This document shows, one piece after another, positions 9,597 through 19,985 of a stretch of DNA of 64,000 nucleotides (position 1 is the first letter of the stretch; the number at the start of each line of letters is the position of its first letter). The stretch is from Alphaproteobacteria bacterium (GTDB lineage Bacteria > Pseudomonadota > Alphaproteobacteria > MPNO01 > UBA830), in contig OZ251539.1 in NCBI GenBank assembly GCA_965243135.1, forward strand, positions 1,152,001-1,216,000, in the 5' to 3' direction. The position numbers and the translations under genes are program-made. Below the pieces are notes generated by a model, which worked only from the letters and a program-made list of their open reading frames with translations, did not search any database and was not told where the DNA came from.

Positions 9597-11372
9597 TCAA
9601 CCGTTTTCCGACCGCGCCATGACGTAGGAGCCGGGCGCGTCCTCGATCGCCCGCAGCGCCCCGGCGCCCGGTTCGCGCGCCGGGGCGTCGCCGCCGCCGT
9701 GCCGCTCGACCCACTTGTTCCAGTCGGGCCACCACGATCCGTCGCGCTCGGTCGCGCCGTCGAACCAGTCCTGCGCCTTCGCGGGCGTCTTCGGATTCGC
9801 GCGGTAGGAATAACGTCCCGCGGCGGGCGGGTTCACGACGCCCGCGATGTGCCCCGACGACGCCAGCACGAACCTGGCGCGTCCGCCGTACAGCTTCGCG
9901 CCCGCGTACACGGATCGCCACGGGGCGATATGGTCTTCCTTGGACGCGAGAACGTAGAGCGGCGTCCGGACCCGGCCGAGATCGATGGGAACGCCGCCGA
10001 GCGCGATGCCGCCGGGCCGCGTCAGCGCGTTCTCGCGGTACATGTTGCGAAGATAGAAGGAATGCATGGCGGCGGGCATCCGCGTCGCGTCGGAGTTCCA
10101 GAACAGGAGGTCGAACGGAAAGGGCTCCTTTCCCATCAGGTAGTTGTTCACGACGAAGGACCAGATCAGGTCGTTGGCGCGAAGCATGTTGAAGGTGGCC
10201 GCCATGTCCGCGCCTTCGAGATACCCCTTCTCCGACATGCGCTCCTCGAGCCTGGCGATCTGCTCCTCGTCGATGAACACGCCGAGTTCGCCGGGCTCCT
10301 CGAAATCCACCAGAGTGGCGAAAAACGTGGCGCTCGCCGCCCGGGAATCGCCTTTGCCCGCCATGTAGGCGAGGGTCGTCGCCGTCAGCGTGCCGCCGAT
10401 GCAGTAGCCGATCAGGTTGACCTTGTCCGCCCCGGTCGCCTCGACGGCGGCGTCGATCGCCGCAAGCGGCCCTTCGAACATGTAGTCCTCGAAAGTCTTG
10501 TCCGCGAGGTCGCCGTCGGGATTGACCCAGGAGATCATGAACACCGTATGCCCCTGCTCGACGGCCCATTTGACGAAGGAGTTCTTCTCCCGCAGGTCGA
10601 GAACGTAGAACTTGTTGATCCACGGCGGCACGATCAGAAGCGGCCTCTCGCGCACCTTTTCCGTGCGGGGCGCGTACTGGATCAACTGCATCAGGTCGTT
10701 CTGAAAGATCACCTTGCCGGGCGAGGCGGCGACCGACTCGCCGATCTTGAACGCGTCTTCGTCGACCATCTTGACGCGCAGCCGTCCCTTGCCCCTCTCG
10801 AGATCGTCGAGCAGATTCGAGAGCCCCCTGGTGAGGTTCTGGCCCTTGCTGTCGATGGTCTCGCGGAGGACTTCGGGGTTGGTCAGGACGAAGTTGGTGG
10901 GCGCCAGGGCGTCCGCGAACTGGCGCGTGTAGAAGTCGACCTTGCGCAGGGTTTCCTTGTCCAGCCCGGAGGTCTCGCGCACGGTGTCGATCATCCACCG
11001 CGACGTCAGCAGGTAGGATTGCTTGATGAAATCGAAAACCGGGTTTTCCTCCCAGTCGGCATGGAGGAAGCGCCGGTCGTTCTCGTCGGGACGGTGCAGG
11101 GGCTCGGCCTCCCGTCCGGACGCGCGGCCCGCGGCATGCCCCCAGAGTTCCATGTATCCGTTCCACAGGTCGATCTGCGCCTGGGCCAGCCGCGCCGGAT
11201 CGGCCAGCATCCGCGAGGACATTTCGACGAACGCGCTGCCGACGTTGAGCGGGTCGCCTTCGCAGCGCGCCATGAAGTCGCTCACGATGCGCCGGCTCCG
11301 TTCCGCGATTTCGCGAATCGCCGCGGTCAGTTCCGCGGCGTCCGGGGCCGGTTCCGCGTTGTCTTTGGTCAT
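9597..11372 (-). CDS. phaC: Class I polyhydroxyalkanoate synthase
   Basis: PPWINKFYVLDL, GYCIGG lipase box, EDHIAPW, SGHIAGVVNPP, GSWWPDW. Confidence 0.95.
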   Translation of the reverse strand: MTKDNAEPAPDAAELTAAIREIAERSRRIVSDFMARCEGDPLNVGSAFVEMSSRMLADPARLAQAQIDLWNGYMELWGHAAGRASGREAEPLHRPDENDRRFLHADWEENPVFDFIKQSYLLTSRWMIDTVRETSGLDKETLRKVDFYTRQFADALAPTNFVLTNPEVLRETIDSKGQNLTRGLSNLLDDLERGKGRLRVKMVDEDAFKIGESVAASPGKVIFQNDLMQLIQYAPRTEKVRERPLLIVPPWINKFYVLDLREKNSFVKWAVEQGHTVFMISWVNPDGDLADKTFEDYMFEGPLAAIDAAVEATGADKVNLIGYCIGGTLTATTLAYMAGKGDSRAASATFFATLVDFEEPGELGVFIDEEQIARLEERMSEKGYLEGADMAATFNMLRANDLIWSFVVNNYLMGKEPFPFDLLFWNSDATRMPAAMHSFYLRNMYRENALTRPGGIALGGVPIDLGRVRTPLYVLASKEDHIAPWRSVYAGAKLYGGRARFVLASSGHIAGVVNPPAAGRYSYRANPKTPAKAQDWFDGATERDGSWWPDWNKWVERHGGGDAPAREPGAGALRAIEDAPGSYVMARSENG

Positions 11373-11456
11373 GCCGGAATCCTCTGCTGCGCGCTTCGCA
11401 AGGATAGCGTATAATGGCCGGCGGGTCGCCGGGAAGATGCGGGAAACTACGCCGTT

Positions 11457-11810
11457 TTGCTGCAGCGCACAATATCGGAGGGCGGCCCGCGGGCCGCGGC
11501 GGAGGGCTGGAGGGCGCTTCGCTTCGGGGCGGCGCGTCTCGTCGTCGCGTTGGCGCTGGTTCCGGCGGGTTGCGCGCGCGACGGGCCTCCGGAGGAGGGC
11601 GTCCGTCCGATTCCCGGGGCCGGCAGGCCCTTTCCGGACCTGTCCACGGTGCCGGAACGCCCGCGGACCGGCGACGCGGAACGCCGCAGAATGATGGAGA
11701 AGCTCGAGTCGGACCGGGAAGAAGCCGAAAGAATCAGGGAGCGGAACGAACGCTCGTCCGCTTCCGGACCGGCGACCGCGCCCGGCAGGAAAAGGGACGA
11801 TGGACCGTAA
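11457..11810 (+). CDS. Hypothetical lipoprotein
   Basis: Hydrophobic stretch ending AGC, then PFPDLSTVPERP; overlaps the next start; true start uncertain. Confidence 0.5.
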   Translation: MLQRTISEGGPRAAAEGWRALRFGAARLVVALALVPAGCARDGPPEEGVRPIPGAGRPFPDLSTVPERPRTGDAERRRMMEKLESDREEAERIRERNERSSASGPATAPGRKRDDGP

Positions 11811-13014
11811 CTTTCACCGCATCAAGCTCTTGCCTCCCTACGTGTTCGCGGAGGTGAACGACATGAAGGCGCGCGCCCGCGCCGAAGGACGGGACGTGAT
11901 CGACTTCGGCATGGGCAATCCCGATTTGCCGACGCCGCAGCACATCGTCGAGAAGCTTGCCGAAGCGGCGAACAATCCGCGGACTCACCGATACTCGTCG
12001 TCGCGCGGCATACCGGGGCTGCGGCGGGCCAACGCCGCCTATTACGCGCGCCGGTTCGGCGTGGACGTCGACCCCGAGACGGAAACCATCGTCACGCTCG
12101 GGTCGAAGGAGGGATTCGCCAATCTTGCGCAGGCGATCGCGGCCCCGGGAGACGCCGTCGCGGTTCCCAACCCGACCTATCCCATTCACGCCTTCGGCTT
12201 CATCCTGGCGGGCGCGACCCTCCGTCACGTCCGGATGGAGCCGGGCCTCGACTTCATGGCCGAACTCGACCGCGCCGTGCGATACAGCATTCCGGCGCCG
12301 CTCGCCGTCGTGCTGAACTATCCCTCCAACCCGACCGCGGAGGTCGTCGGTCTCGATTTCTACGAGGAAGTCGTCCGCTTCTGCGCGGCGCGCGGAATAA
12401 TCGTCATTTCCGATCTCGCGTACGCGGAGATCTATTTCGAAGGAGACCCGCCCCCCTCCATCCTGCAGGTGCCCGGCGCGAGGGACGTCGCGGTCGAGTT
12501 CACGTCCATGAGCAAGACCTATTCGATGCCCGGATGGCGAATCGGGTTCGCGACCGGCAACGCCGACATCATCGCCGCGCTCGCGCGGATCAAGTCGTAT
12601 CTCGACTACGGCGCGTTCACGCCCATCCAGGTCGCGGCGTCGGCAGCCCTCAACGGTCCGCAGGACTGCGTCGACGAGGCGCGGGACGCGTACCGCCGCC
12701 GCCGCGACGTTCTCGTGGAGTGCTTCGGGCAGGCCGGCTGGGAGGTGCCGCCGCCCGCCGCGACGATGTTCGCCTGGGCGCCGATCCCGGAACCCTTCGC
12801 CCGTCTCGGTTCGCTCGAGTTCTCCAAGCTGCTGCTGGCCGAAGCCCAGGTCGCGGTTTCGCCCGGGGTCGGGTTCGGCGAGTTCGGCGAAGGCTTCGTG
12901 CGGATCGCGCTTGTCGAGAACGGCCAGCGGATCAGGCAGGCCGCCCGCAACGTCAAGAAGTTCATCGCCAGCGTCGACGCCGAGCGTGCGGTCCGGCACG
13001 CCGCCGTTTCTTGA
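11800..13014 (+). CDS. PLP class I/II aminotransferase (AlaC / LL-DAP aminotransferase type)
   Basis: LPPYVFAEVN, IDFGMGNPD, SMSKTYSMPGWRIGF, KSYLDYGAFTPIQVA. Confidence 0.92.
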   Translation: MDRNFHRIKLLPPYVFAEVNDMKARARAEGRDVIDFGMGNPDLPTPQHIVEKLAEAANNPRTHRYSSSRGIPGLRRANAAYYARRFGVDVDPETETIVTLGSKEGFANLAQAIAAPGDAVAVPNPTYPIHAFGFILAGATLRHVRMEPGLDFMAELDRAVRYSIPAPLAVVLNYPSNPTAEVVGLDFYEEVVRFCAARGIIVISDLAYAEIYFEGDPPPSILQVPGARDVAVEFTSMSKTYSMPGWRIGFATGNADIIAALARIKSYLDYGAFTPIQVAASAALNGPQDCVDEARDAYRRRRDVLVECFGQAGWEVPPPAATMFAWAPIPEPFARLGSLEFSKLLLAEAQVAVSPGVGFGEFGEGFVRIALVENGQRIRQAARNVKKFIASVDAERAVRHAAVS

Positions 13015-14303
13015 TCCCCCCCCTTCGGGTCGCTGTCGCCGGCCTCGGCACGGTCGGCGCGGCGGTCGTCGACATTCTGCGCTCGAAGCGGGATCTGATC
13101 GCGGCGCGTTGCGGCAGGCTTGTCGACGTGACCGCCGTGTCGGCTCGCGACCGCCGTCGCCGCCGGGAAATCGACCTGTCCGGCTGCGTCTGGTTCGACG
13201 ACGCCGCCGCGATGGCCGCGCAGGCGGATGCCGACGTCGTCGTGGAGCTGATCGGCGGCGAGGACGGCGTCGCGAAAGCGGTTTGCGAAAGCGCTCTCGC
13301 CGCGGGCCGCGACCTGGTGACGGCGAACAAGGCGCTGCTCGCCCGTCACGGCGCGGCGCTCGCCCGCGCGGCCGAAGCGGCGGGAGCGGGCCTCGGCTAC
13401 GAAGCTTCGGTCGCGGGCGGCATTCCGGCGATCAAGGCGCTGCGGGAAGGCTTCGCGGGCAATCGCGTGTCGAGGATACACGGCATTCTCAACGGCACCT
13501 GCAATTACATTCTGACGGCGATGCGGGAGACCGGCCGGAACTTCCCCGAAATCCTCGCGGACGCCCAGCGCCTCGGCTACGCCGAGGCGGATCCGGGATT
13601 CGACATCGACGGCATCGACGCGGCGCACAAGCTCGCGCTTCTCGCCGCCGCGGCGTTCGGCCGCGAAGTGGACTTCCGCGGCGTCCATGTCGAGGGGATA
13701 CGCCGGGTCACCGTCGGCGATATCGAGTTCGCGGGGGAACTGGGCTACCGCGTCAAACTGCTCGGGATAGCCGAGGAAACGGAGGAGGGCGTCGAACAGA
13801 GGGTCCATCCCTGCATGGTGCCGGTCGACGCCCCGCTGGCCCATGTCGAGGGCGTCTTCAACGCCGTCGTCGTCGAGGGGGATTCCGTGGGCAGGGGCAT
13901 GCTGGAGGGACGCGGCGCGGGGGCCGGGCCGACCGCGTCCGCCGTCGTCTCCGACATCGTCGACTTCGCGAGAGGTGTTCGCCTGCCGGCGTTCTCGCTT
14001 CCGGCGTCGCGGTTGCGGCCGGCCCGCGCGGTGCCCATGGGCCAGCGGACGGGCCCCTGCTACGTGCGGCTGTCGGTCGTCGACCGGCCCGGCGTGATCG
14101 CCGACGTCTCGGCGGCGCTTCGCGACGAGCGGGTGTCCGTGGAATCCTTCATTCAGAGAGCGCGCTCGCCGGAGGAGTCGGTGCCGGTGGTGCTCACCCT
14201 TCACGAGGCGCGCGAGGACTCCGTGCGGCGCGCGCTCGACCGAATCGGGGCCTTGGACACGGTTTTGGAACGACCCTGTATGATCAGGATAGAAAATCTT
14301 TGA
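13011..14303 (+). CDS. hom: Homoserine dehydrogenase with ACT domain
   Basis: GLGTVG, VTANKALLA, YEASVAGGIP, GILNGTCNYIL, GAGAGPTASAV; probable TTG start overlapping the upstream stop. Confidence 0.93.
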   Translation: MIPPLRVAVAGLGTVGAAVVDILRSKRDLIAARCGRLVDVTAVSARDRRRRREIDLSGCVWFDDAAAMAAQADADVVVELIGGEDGVAKAVCESALAAGRDLVTANKALLARHGAALARAAEAAGAGLGYEASVAGGIPAIKALREGFAGNRVSRIHGILNGTCNYILTAMRETGRNFPEILADAQRLGYAEADPGFDIDGIDAAHKLALLAAAAFGREVDFRGVHVEGIRRVTVGDIEFAGELGYRVKLLGIAEETEEGVEQRVHPCMVPVDAPLAHVEGVFNAVVVEGDSVGRGMLEGRGAGAGPTASAVVSDIVDFARGVRLPAFSLPASRLRPARAVPMGQRTGPCYVRLSVVDRPGVIADVSAALRDERVSVESFIQRARSPEESVPVVLTLHEAREDSVRRALDRIGALDTVLERPCMIRIENL

Positions 14304-14323
14304 ACAGCGGGAGTGCAGTCGGG

Positions 14324-15313
14324 ATGCCGGAAGACGACAGGATGGACCGGAATCTGGCGCTGGAAGCCGTCCGGGTGACCGAGGCGGCGGCCCTGTCCGC
14401 CTCGCGCCTGATGGGCCGCGGCGACGAGCGCGCGGCGGACCAGGTCGCGGTGGACGCGATGCGGGAGGCGCTCGGCAGCCTCGACATCGCGGGCACCGTC
14501 GTGATCGGCGAAGGAGAGCGCGACGAAGCCCCGATGCTGTTCATCGGAGAGGAGGTCGGCACCGGGAAGGGACCGAAGATCGATATCGCCCTCGATCCCT
14601 TGGAGGGCACCACGATCACGGCGAAGGGCCTGACGAACGCCCTGTCCGTGATCGCCATGGCCGAGCGGGGAAACTTCCTCTATTCCCCCGACATATACAT
14701 GGACAAGATCGCGGTCGGAGGCGGATTGCCGGAGGGCGTGGTCGATCTCGACCGGGAGCCCCGCGAAAATCTCGAGCGCCTCGCCGCGGCGAAGGGATGC
14801 GGCGTCGAGGATCTGGTCGCCTGCATCCTCGACCGGCCGCGTCACGAGGAGCTGATCGCAAGGGTCCGCGAAGCGGGCGCCCGCATCATGCTCATCTCGG
14901 ACGGGGACATTTCGGGGGTCATCGCGACGTCCGAGGACGCGAGCGGAATCGATATCTATCTCGGCAGCGGCGGCGCGCCGGAAGGCGTGCTCGCGGCCGC
15001 CGCGCTGCGTTGCATCGGCGGTCAGATGCAGGGCCGCCTGGTGTTCCGCAACAACGACGAACGCGCCCGCGCCGAGCGCTGCGGCATCGCCGACTTCGAC
15101 CGCAAGTACGGCCTTCTCGATCTGGCCAAGGGCGACGTGATGTTCGCGGCGACCGGCGTGACGAACGGCACGATGCTCAACGGCGTCCGCCGATTCTCCG
15201 GCGGCGCCAAGACCCATTCGCTGGTGATGCGTTCCAAATCGGGAACCGTGCGCTACGTCGAAGCCACCCACAACTTCGACCGGAAGACGGGTTTCGACCC
15301 GATGGATTCGTGA
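14324..15313 (+). CDS. glpX: Fructose-1,6-bisphosphatase class II
   Basis: LEAVRVTEAAA, VIGEGERDEAPML, DPLEGTT, GGAPEGVLAAAAL. Confidence 0.95.
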   Translation: MPEDDRMDRNLALEAVRVTEAAALSASRLMGRGDERAADQVAVDAMREALGSLDIAGTVVIGEGERDEAPMLFIGEEVGTGKGPKIDIALDPLEGTTITAKGLTNALSVIAMAERGNFLYSPDIYMDKIAVGGGLPEGVVDLDREPRENLERLAAAKGCGVEDLVACILDRPRHEELIARVREAGARIMLISDGDISGVIATSEDASGIDIYLGSGGAPEGVLAAAALRCIGGQMQGRLVFRNNDERARAERCGIADFDRKYGLLDLAKGDVMFAATGVTNGTMLNGVRRFSGGAKTHSLVMRSKSGTVRYVEATHNFDRKTGFDPMDS

Positions 15314-15344
15314 AGCGCCCGGCGGGCTTGCGCGAAGGAAGGCG

Positions 15345-17135
15345 ATGAGGGCGGAGCCCGCCGCGGCGGCTTCGCTCAAGGTCGAGCGATCCCTCGGCGG
15401 CAAGCGCTGGCGATGGCGCCTGTCGGACGAACGCCGGGCGCTTGCCATCTCGCAGCGCCACGGCCTGCCGGAGCTCCTCGGACGCGTCCTTGCGGCGCGC
15501 GGCGTCGAGATTCCCGACGTGGAAGAGTTCCTGTCGCCCAGGCTGCGGGATCTGTTGCCCGACCCCTCCCATCTTCTGGACATGGATCGGGCGGCGGCGC
15601 GCATTGTCGAGGCGATTTCCGCGGGCGAACGGATCGGGGTGATCGCCGATTACGACGTCGACGGCGCCGCGTCCGCGGCGCTGCTCGTCAGGTTTTTCGC
15701 GGCCTTGGGACGCGAAATCGCCGTTTACGTGCCTGACCGCCTCAAGGAGGGATACGGTCCCAACGCGCCGGCGTTCATGAAGCTGAAGGACGAGGGCGTT
15801 TCCCTCGCGATCACCGTGGATTGCGGCACGACGGCCTTCGGACCTCTCGAAGCGGCATCGGAGGCCGGCCTCGACGTGATCGTGGTCGACCATCACGTGT
15901 CGGAGCCGCGGCTCCCGGAGGCCTTGGCGGTCGTCAATCCCAACCGGCTCGACGAGGAGAGCCCGGTCGGCCAGCTCTGCGCAGCCGGCGTGACTTTTCT
16001 GCTGGTCGTCGCCGTCAACCGGGCCTTGCGCGAGGCTTGGTGGTACGGCGAGGGGCACGACGAGCCCGATCTCATGAACTGGCTCGATCTGGTGGCGTTG
16101 GCGACGGTCGCCGACGTGGTGCCGCTGACGGGCCTGAACCGCGCTATCGTCAGGCGCGGGCTGGCCGTAATGGCGCGGCGCCGCAATCGGGGTCTCGCCT
16201 CGCTGGCGGACGTGGCGAAGATCAGGTCGCCGCCGGACGCCTGGCATCTCGGCTTCGCGTTCGGACCGCGGGTCAACGCCGGAGGGCGGGTCGGAGAGGC
16301 GGGTCTCGGCGTTCGCCTGCTCACGACGGACGATCGCGACGAAGCCGGCGCCATCGCCGTCCGCCTCGACGAGTACAACAAGCAACGCCAGGAAATCGAA
16401 ACCTCGGTGTTCGAGGCCGCGCAGGCGCGCGCCGAGTCCGCGGCCGAAAACGGCGCGCCTCTGATCCTGGTGGCCTCGGAGGGCTGGCATCCCGGCGTTA
16501 TCGGAATCGTGGCGGGACGCCTGAAGGATCTGTTCGGCGTTCCCGTCTGCGTGGTCGCTCTGGAAAACGGCCTGGGAAGAGGATCGGGGCGTTCGGTTCG
16601 CGGGGTGGACCTGGGACCCGCCGTAATCGCGGCCGGACAGGCCGGGCTTTTGATTAACGGCGGCGGGCACAAGATGGCCGCGGGCTTCACCGCGCGGGAG
16701 GACCGGCTTCTCGAATTGCGCGATTTTCTGATCGCGCACGTCGCGAAACAGCTCGGCGGCGCGCCGCTCGTTCCGGATCTCAGAATGGACGGCACCTTGC
16801 TTCCCGGCGGGGCGACGGTCGACCTCATCCGGAAACTGGACGCCGCCGGACCCTTCGGATCGGGCAATCCGCGCCCGCGGTTCGTTCTTCCGACGGTGAA
16901 GCCGATCGGCGCGAGGGTGGTGGGCAACGGTCACGTGAGCTGCGTTCTCGCCGCGGCGGAAGGCGGCGGACGGCTCAAGGCGGTCGCTTTCCGGGAAGCG
17001 GGAACCGCTCTCGGCAATGCGCTTCTCAACAGAAACGGCAGCCTTCTCCATGTCGCGGGCTACCTGAAGGTGGATACGTGGCTCGATCGCGAAACGCCGC
17101 AACTGACGATCGAGGACGCCGCGTGGGCAAGATAG
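15345..17135 (+). CDS. recJ: ssDNA exonuclease RecJ
   Basis: DYDVDG, TVDCG, DHH, GSGRS, GGHKMAAG motifs. Confidence 0.95.
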   Translation: MRAEPAAAASLKVERSLGGKRWRWRLSDERRALAISQRHGLPELLGRVLAARGVEIPDVEEFLSPRLRDLLPDPSHLLDMDRAAARIVEAISAGERIGVIADYDVDGAASAALLVRFFAALGREIAVYVPDRLKEGYGPNAPAFMKLKDEGVSLAITVDCGTTAFGPLEAASEAGLDVIVVDHHVSEPRLPEALAVVNPNRLDEESPVGQLCAAGVTFLLVVAVNRALREAWWYGEGHDEPDLMNWLDLVALATVADVVPLTGLNRAIVRRGLAVMARRRNRGLASLADVAKIRSPPDAWHLGFAFGPRVNAGGRVGEAGLGVRLLTTDDRDEAGAIAVRLDEYNKQRQEIETSVFEAAQARAESAAENGAPLILVASEGWHPGVIGIVAGRLKDLFGVPVCVVALENGLGRGSGRSVRGVDLGPAVIAAGQAGLLINGGGHKMAAGFTAREDRLLELRDFLIAHVAKQLGGAPLVPDLRMDGTLLPGGATVDLIRKLDAAGPFGSGNPRPRFVLPTVKPIGARVVGNGHVSCVLAAAEGGGRLKAVAFREAGTALGNALLNRNGSLLHVAGYLKVDTWLDRETPQLTIEDAAWAR

Positions 17136-17209
17136 AAGCGCCGGTCTTGAACCCCCGCAGGTCTCGTTTAGGCTGAGAGACGGGCGCGGGCGGGATCCGG
17201 GGACGGCGC

Positions 17210-17833
17210 GTGGTCGCAGGTTGCAAGCACTCGGCATGGCGGCGCATGCGGCGCGGCCTGCGGCTGCGGCTGGTGATTCCGATGATTCGGTCGCGCCAGC
17301 CTCCGGAATACACGGCGCGCGGAGTGGCCGTCGGGCTGATGTGGGCGTTCACGCCGACTTTCGGAGTGCAGATGGCCCTGACCTGCATTCACTGGTACGT
17401 CGCGCGCACGTTCTTCAAGAGGGATTTCAACGTGATCATGGCCATGAGCTGGACATGGATCACCAATCTGTTCACCGTGGCCCCGGCCTATTACGCGTTC
17501 TTTCTGCTGGGCCAGGTCATCCTCGGCCGCTGGCACGACCTTTCCGGCTATCGGAGCTTCCTCACGTTCTGGCGCACGGCGATGGGCGACGCCGGCGGCG
17601 ACCCGACCAGCATGGAAGCCTGGGGCACGTATTTCTCGGTGATCGTCCGCGGCTGGGGCCTGGCGATGGCGGTGGGCTCGGTTCCGATCGCTCTTCTGGC
17701 TTACTTCGTCGGCTATCGCTGGACGCTCAGGGCCGTTCGGCGGTGGCGCAGCATGCGGGGCCGAAGCGCCGCGCGGGCCGGCGGCGGTCCCGCAAAGCCG
17801 GACGGCGGCTCCGAAACCCGGGTCGGGAGGTAA
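17210..17833 (+). CDS. DUF2062-family membrane protein
   Basis: PPEYTARGVAVGLMWAFTPTFGVQM and TWITN pattern; start uncertain. Confidence 0.75.
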   Translation: MVAGCKHSAWRRMRRGLRLRLVIPMIRSRQPPEYTARGVAVGLMWAFTPTFGVQMALTCIHWYVARTFFKRDFNVIMAMSWTWITNLFTVAPAYYAFFLLGQVILGRWHDLSGYRSFLTFWRTAMGDAGGDPTSMEAWGTYFSVIVRGWGLAMAVGSVPIALLAYFVGYRWTLRAVRRWRSMRGRSAARAGGGPAKPDGGSETRVGR

Positions 17834-17955
17834 GGCGCGGACGCCGGTTCGCCGACGGGCGGTGCGGCGGGATATTCGGCGTCGCGGCCTGATTTCGCGG
17901 AAAGCTCCGCGACCGCTTGATTGCCGGCGGCTTACGGTATATTTCTACCGGCGAC

Positions 17956-18031
17956 GACCCCATCGTCTAGAGGCCTAGGACATCACCCTTTCAAGGTGAA
18001 GACACGGGTTCGACTCCCGTTGGGGTCGCCA
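17956..18031 (+). tRNA. tRNA-Glu (TTC)
   Basis: Acceptor stem GACCCCA/TGGGGTC, anticodon arm TCACC-CTTTCAA-GGTGA, T-loop GGTTCGACTCC, encoded CCA; 76 nt. Confidence 0.96.
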
Positions 18032-18084
18032 GTTCTGGAGTTGCCGCGCCGCCGACCGGAAAGGCGGCGCCGTCCGGGGGCGGC

Positions 18085-18360
18085 ATGACCGATTACTGGC
18101 TCAACAAGCTGATGTTCGATCTTCAGGGGCCCGGCGGCAAGGAGCGATGGGCGGAAGACCGGGAGGAGACGGTCGACCGCTACCCGCTGTCGCCGGAAGT
18201 CCGCCGCGCCCTGCTGGAGGACGATCTGGACGTCATCCAGCCGCTCGTCAATCCGTATCTCCTCCGGTTCTACCTGTTGATCAACGGCTATGACGACGAA
18301 GGCTCCATCAAGGCGTTGAGCGATATCGGGCGGCGTCGGCAGGAGGCGATCCGTGGCTGA
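18085..18360 (+). CDS. Extradiol dioxygenase small subunit (LigA-like)
   Basis: YWLNKLMFDL, YPLSPEVRRALL, VNPYLL pattern; overlaps the LigB-like gene. Confidence 0.7.
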   Translation: MTDYWLNKLMFDLQGPGGKERWAEDREETVDRYPLSPEVRRALLEDDLDVIQPLVNPYLLRFYLLINGYDDEGSIKALSDIGRRRQEAIRG

Positions 18361-19219
18361 ATTCGCAGGGGCGTTCGCGGCGGGGCACGGTCCGAACATC
18401 GCTCGCGGATGGACGAGTCTCAAGTCCGAAACGCGGGAGTGGATCCTGGACCGCTACGGCGAACTGGGACGCCGGCTGAAGGCCGCGGCGCCCGACGTGC
18501 TTCTCGTCCAGTCCAACGACCATTGGGTCAATTTCTTTCTCGACAACATGCCGGCGTTCTGCATCGGGATCGGCGACGAGCACGACGGCCCTCCGGAACC
18601 CTTCATGAAGCCGGTGTTCGCCCACGAGACATGGCCGGGACACGCCGCGCTCGGCCGCCACGTTCTCGATCACGCGCTCGCCTCGGAATTCGATCCGTCC
18701 TATACGATGCGGGTCAAGCTGGATCACGGAATTTGCGTGCCTCTCTGGCAGATGGGGATCCTCCCCGACGTTCCGGTCGTGCCGTTGTTCATCAACCTGA
18801 TGGAAGAACCGTTTCCGACCCCCGCGCGCTGCATCAAGTGGGGCCGCATGATCCGCGAGGCGGTCGAGAGCTTTCCGGAGAACATCCGGGTGGCCATGCT
18901 CGGCACCGGCGGGCTGAGCCATTCGATCGGCGAGACCACCATGGGATGGATCGACGAGCCGTTCGATCATGCCTGCATGGAGCTTTTCCGGTCCGCTTCC
19001 GACGAGAAATTCGCGTCCGACCTGGACCGGATGCTGTCCGCCACCGGCAACGGCGGGGCCGAGTTGCGGAACTGGCTGATCGTGCACGCGGCCGCCGGCG
19101 GCCGCGGCTTCGACCTGGTCGGCTACGCGCCGGTTCCCGAGATTCTGATCGGCTGCGCCCTCGCGGAGTGGAGGACCGCGGAATCGGGCAGGCAGCCTTC
19201 GCCGCAAGTTCCGGGGTAA
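18353..19219 (+). CDS. Class III extradiol ring-cleavage dioxygenase large subunit (LigB family)
   Basis: AGHGP, NDHWVNFFLDNMPAFCIG, LDHG, GTGGLSH, GAELRNW. Confidence 0.88.
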   Translation: MAEFAGAFAAGHGPNIARGWTSLKSETREWILDRYGELGRRLKAAAPDVLLVQSNDHWVNFFLDNMPAFCIGIGDEHDGPPEPFMKPVFAHETWPGHAALGRHVLDHALASEFDPSYTMRVKLDHGICVPLWQMGILPDVPVVPLFINLMEEPFPTPARCIKWGRMIREAVESFPENIRVAMLGTGGLSHSIGETTMGWIDEPFDHACMELFRSASDEKFASDLDRMLSATGNGGAELRNWLIVHAAAGGRGFDLVGYAPVPEILIGCALAEWRTAESGRQPSPQVPG

Positions 19220-19417
19220 GGTTCGTCCGCGTTCGAGCGCGGAGACCGGCTGCCGACGTTCCGGCCTCGAGCGCGGCGACTCCGAAGGCCGCGAACGTCC
19301 GGCGGCGGAAGTCCGGCGACGGCGCGCGGGCGAGGCGGACGGCGCCTTCCTTCTTGAAGGGAAGCCCCGGCATGGGGTATCCCTCGCCCGTCCGCTCCTG
19401 AATTCTGGAACCCGACC

Positions 19418-19819
19418 ATGGCCGAGCGCCCGGACGTTCGAAGCAGGATAATGCGCGCGGTCGGGAGCAGGGACACCGGGCCGGAGTTGGCCGTGCGCCG
19501 CCTGACGCATGCGATGGGATATCGTTACCGGCTTCACCGGAGAGACCTGCCCGGCACCCCGGACATGGTCTTTCCCGCCCGGCGGAAAGTGATCTTCGTT
19601 CATGGTTGTTTCTGGCATATGCACTCTTGTCCGAGAGGGCGGGTTCCGAAAACGAGGCAGGACTACTGGCTCCCGAAACTCGAGCGCAACAGGGAGAGGG
19701 ACGCGGAGAACGCGGCCCGCCTCCTCGAGATGGGTTGGGAGGCGCTCGTGGTCTGGGAATGCGAAATCGCGGAGCTCGACTCGGTTCGGTCGTGTATCGC
19801 GGCGTTTCTGGAAAGCTGA
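19418..19819 (+). CDS. vsr: Very-short-patch repair endonuclease
   Basis: RSRIMRAV..RDTGPE, DLPGTPD, FVHGCFWH, KLERNRERD, VVWECE. Confidence 0.93.
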   Translation: MAERPDVRSRIMRAVGSRDTGPELAVRRLTHAMGYRYRLHRRDLPGTPDMVFPARRKVIFVHGCFWHMHSCPRGRVPKTRQDYWLPKLERNRERDAENAARLLEMGWEALVVWECEIAELDSVRSCIAAFLES

Positions 19820-19880
19820 CGGCGTCGGAGGAACCGGCCGCTCCGCGGCGTAGGAGTCGTCGGCGACCGGCCCGCGCATG

Positions 19881-19910
19881 TTGACCTGTCCCGGCTGGTT
19901 CCTGTAGTCT
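19881..19910 (+). promoter_or_regulatory. Putative sigma70 promoter for pcm-tolC
   Basis: TTGACC-N18-TAGTCT. Confidence 0.45.
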
Positions 19911-19985
19911 GAACGGCATGAGAAACCGTGAAGGGCGGTTCCCTGCGCCGCAAGATTCCCGCTGCCGGAACGGGGAAGTCGAGGG

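Noticed and set aside
7582-11472. 1296-aa minus-strand ORF
   Set aside because: Only the last 374 aa are the TRAP binding protein; the rest is an Arg/Gly-rich off-frame read across ate and phaC
17956-19900. Prophage/ICE att site at tRNA-Glu
   Set aside because: No duplicated tRNA 3' end or integrase found by eye
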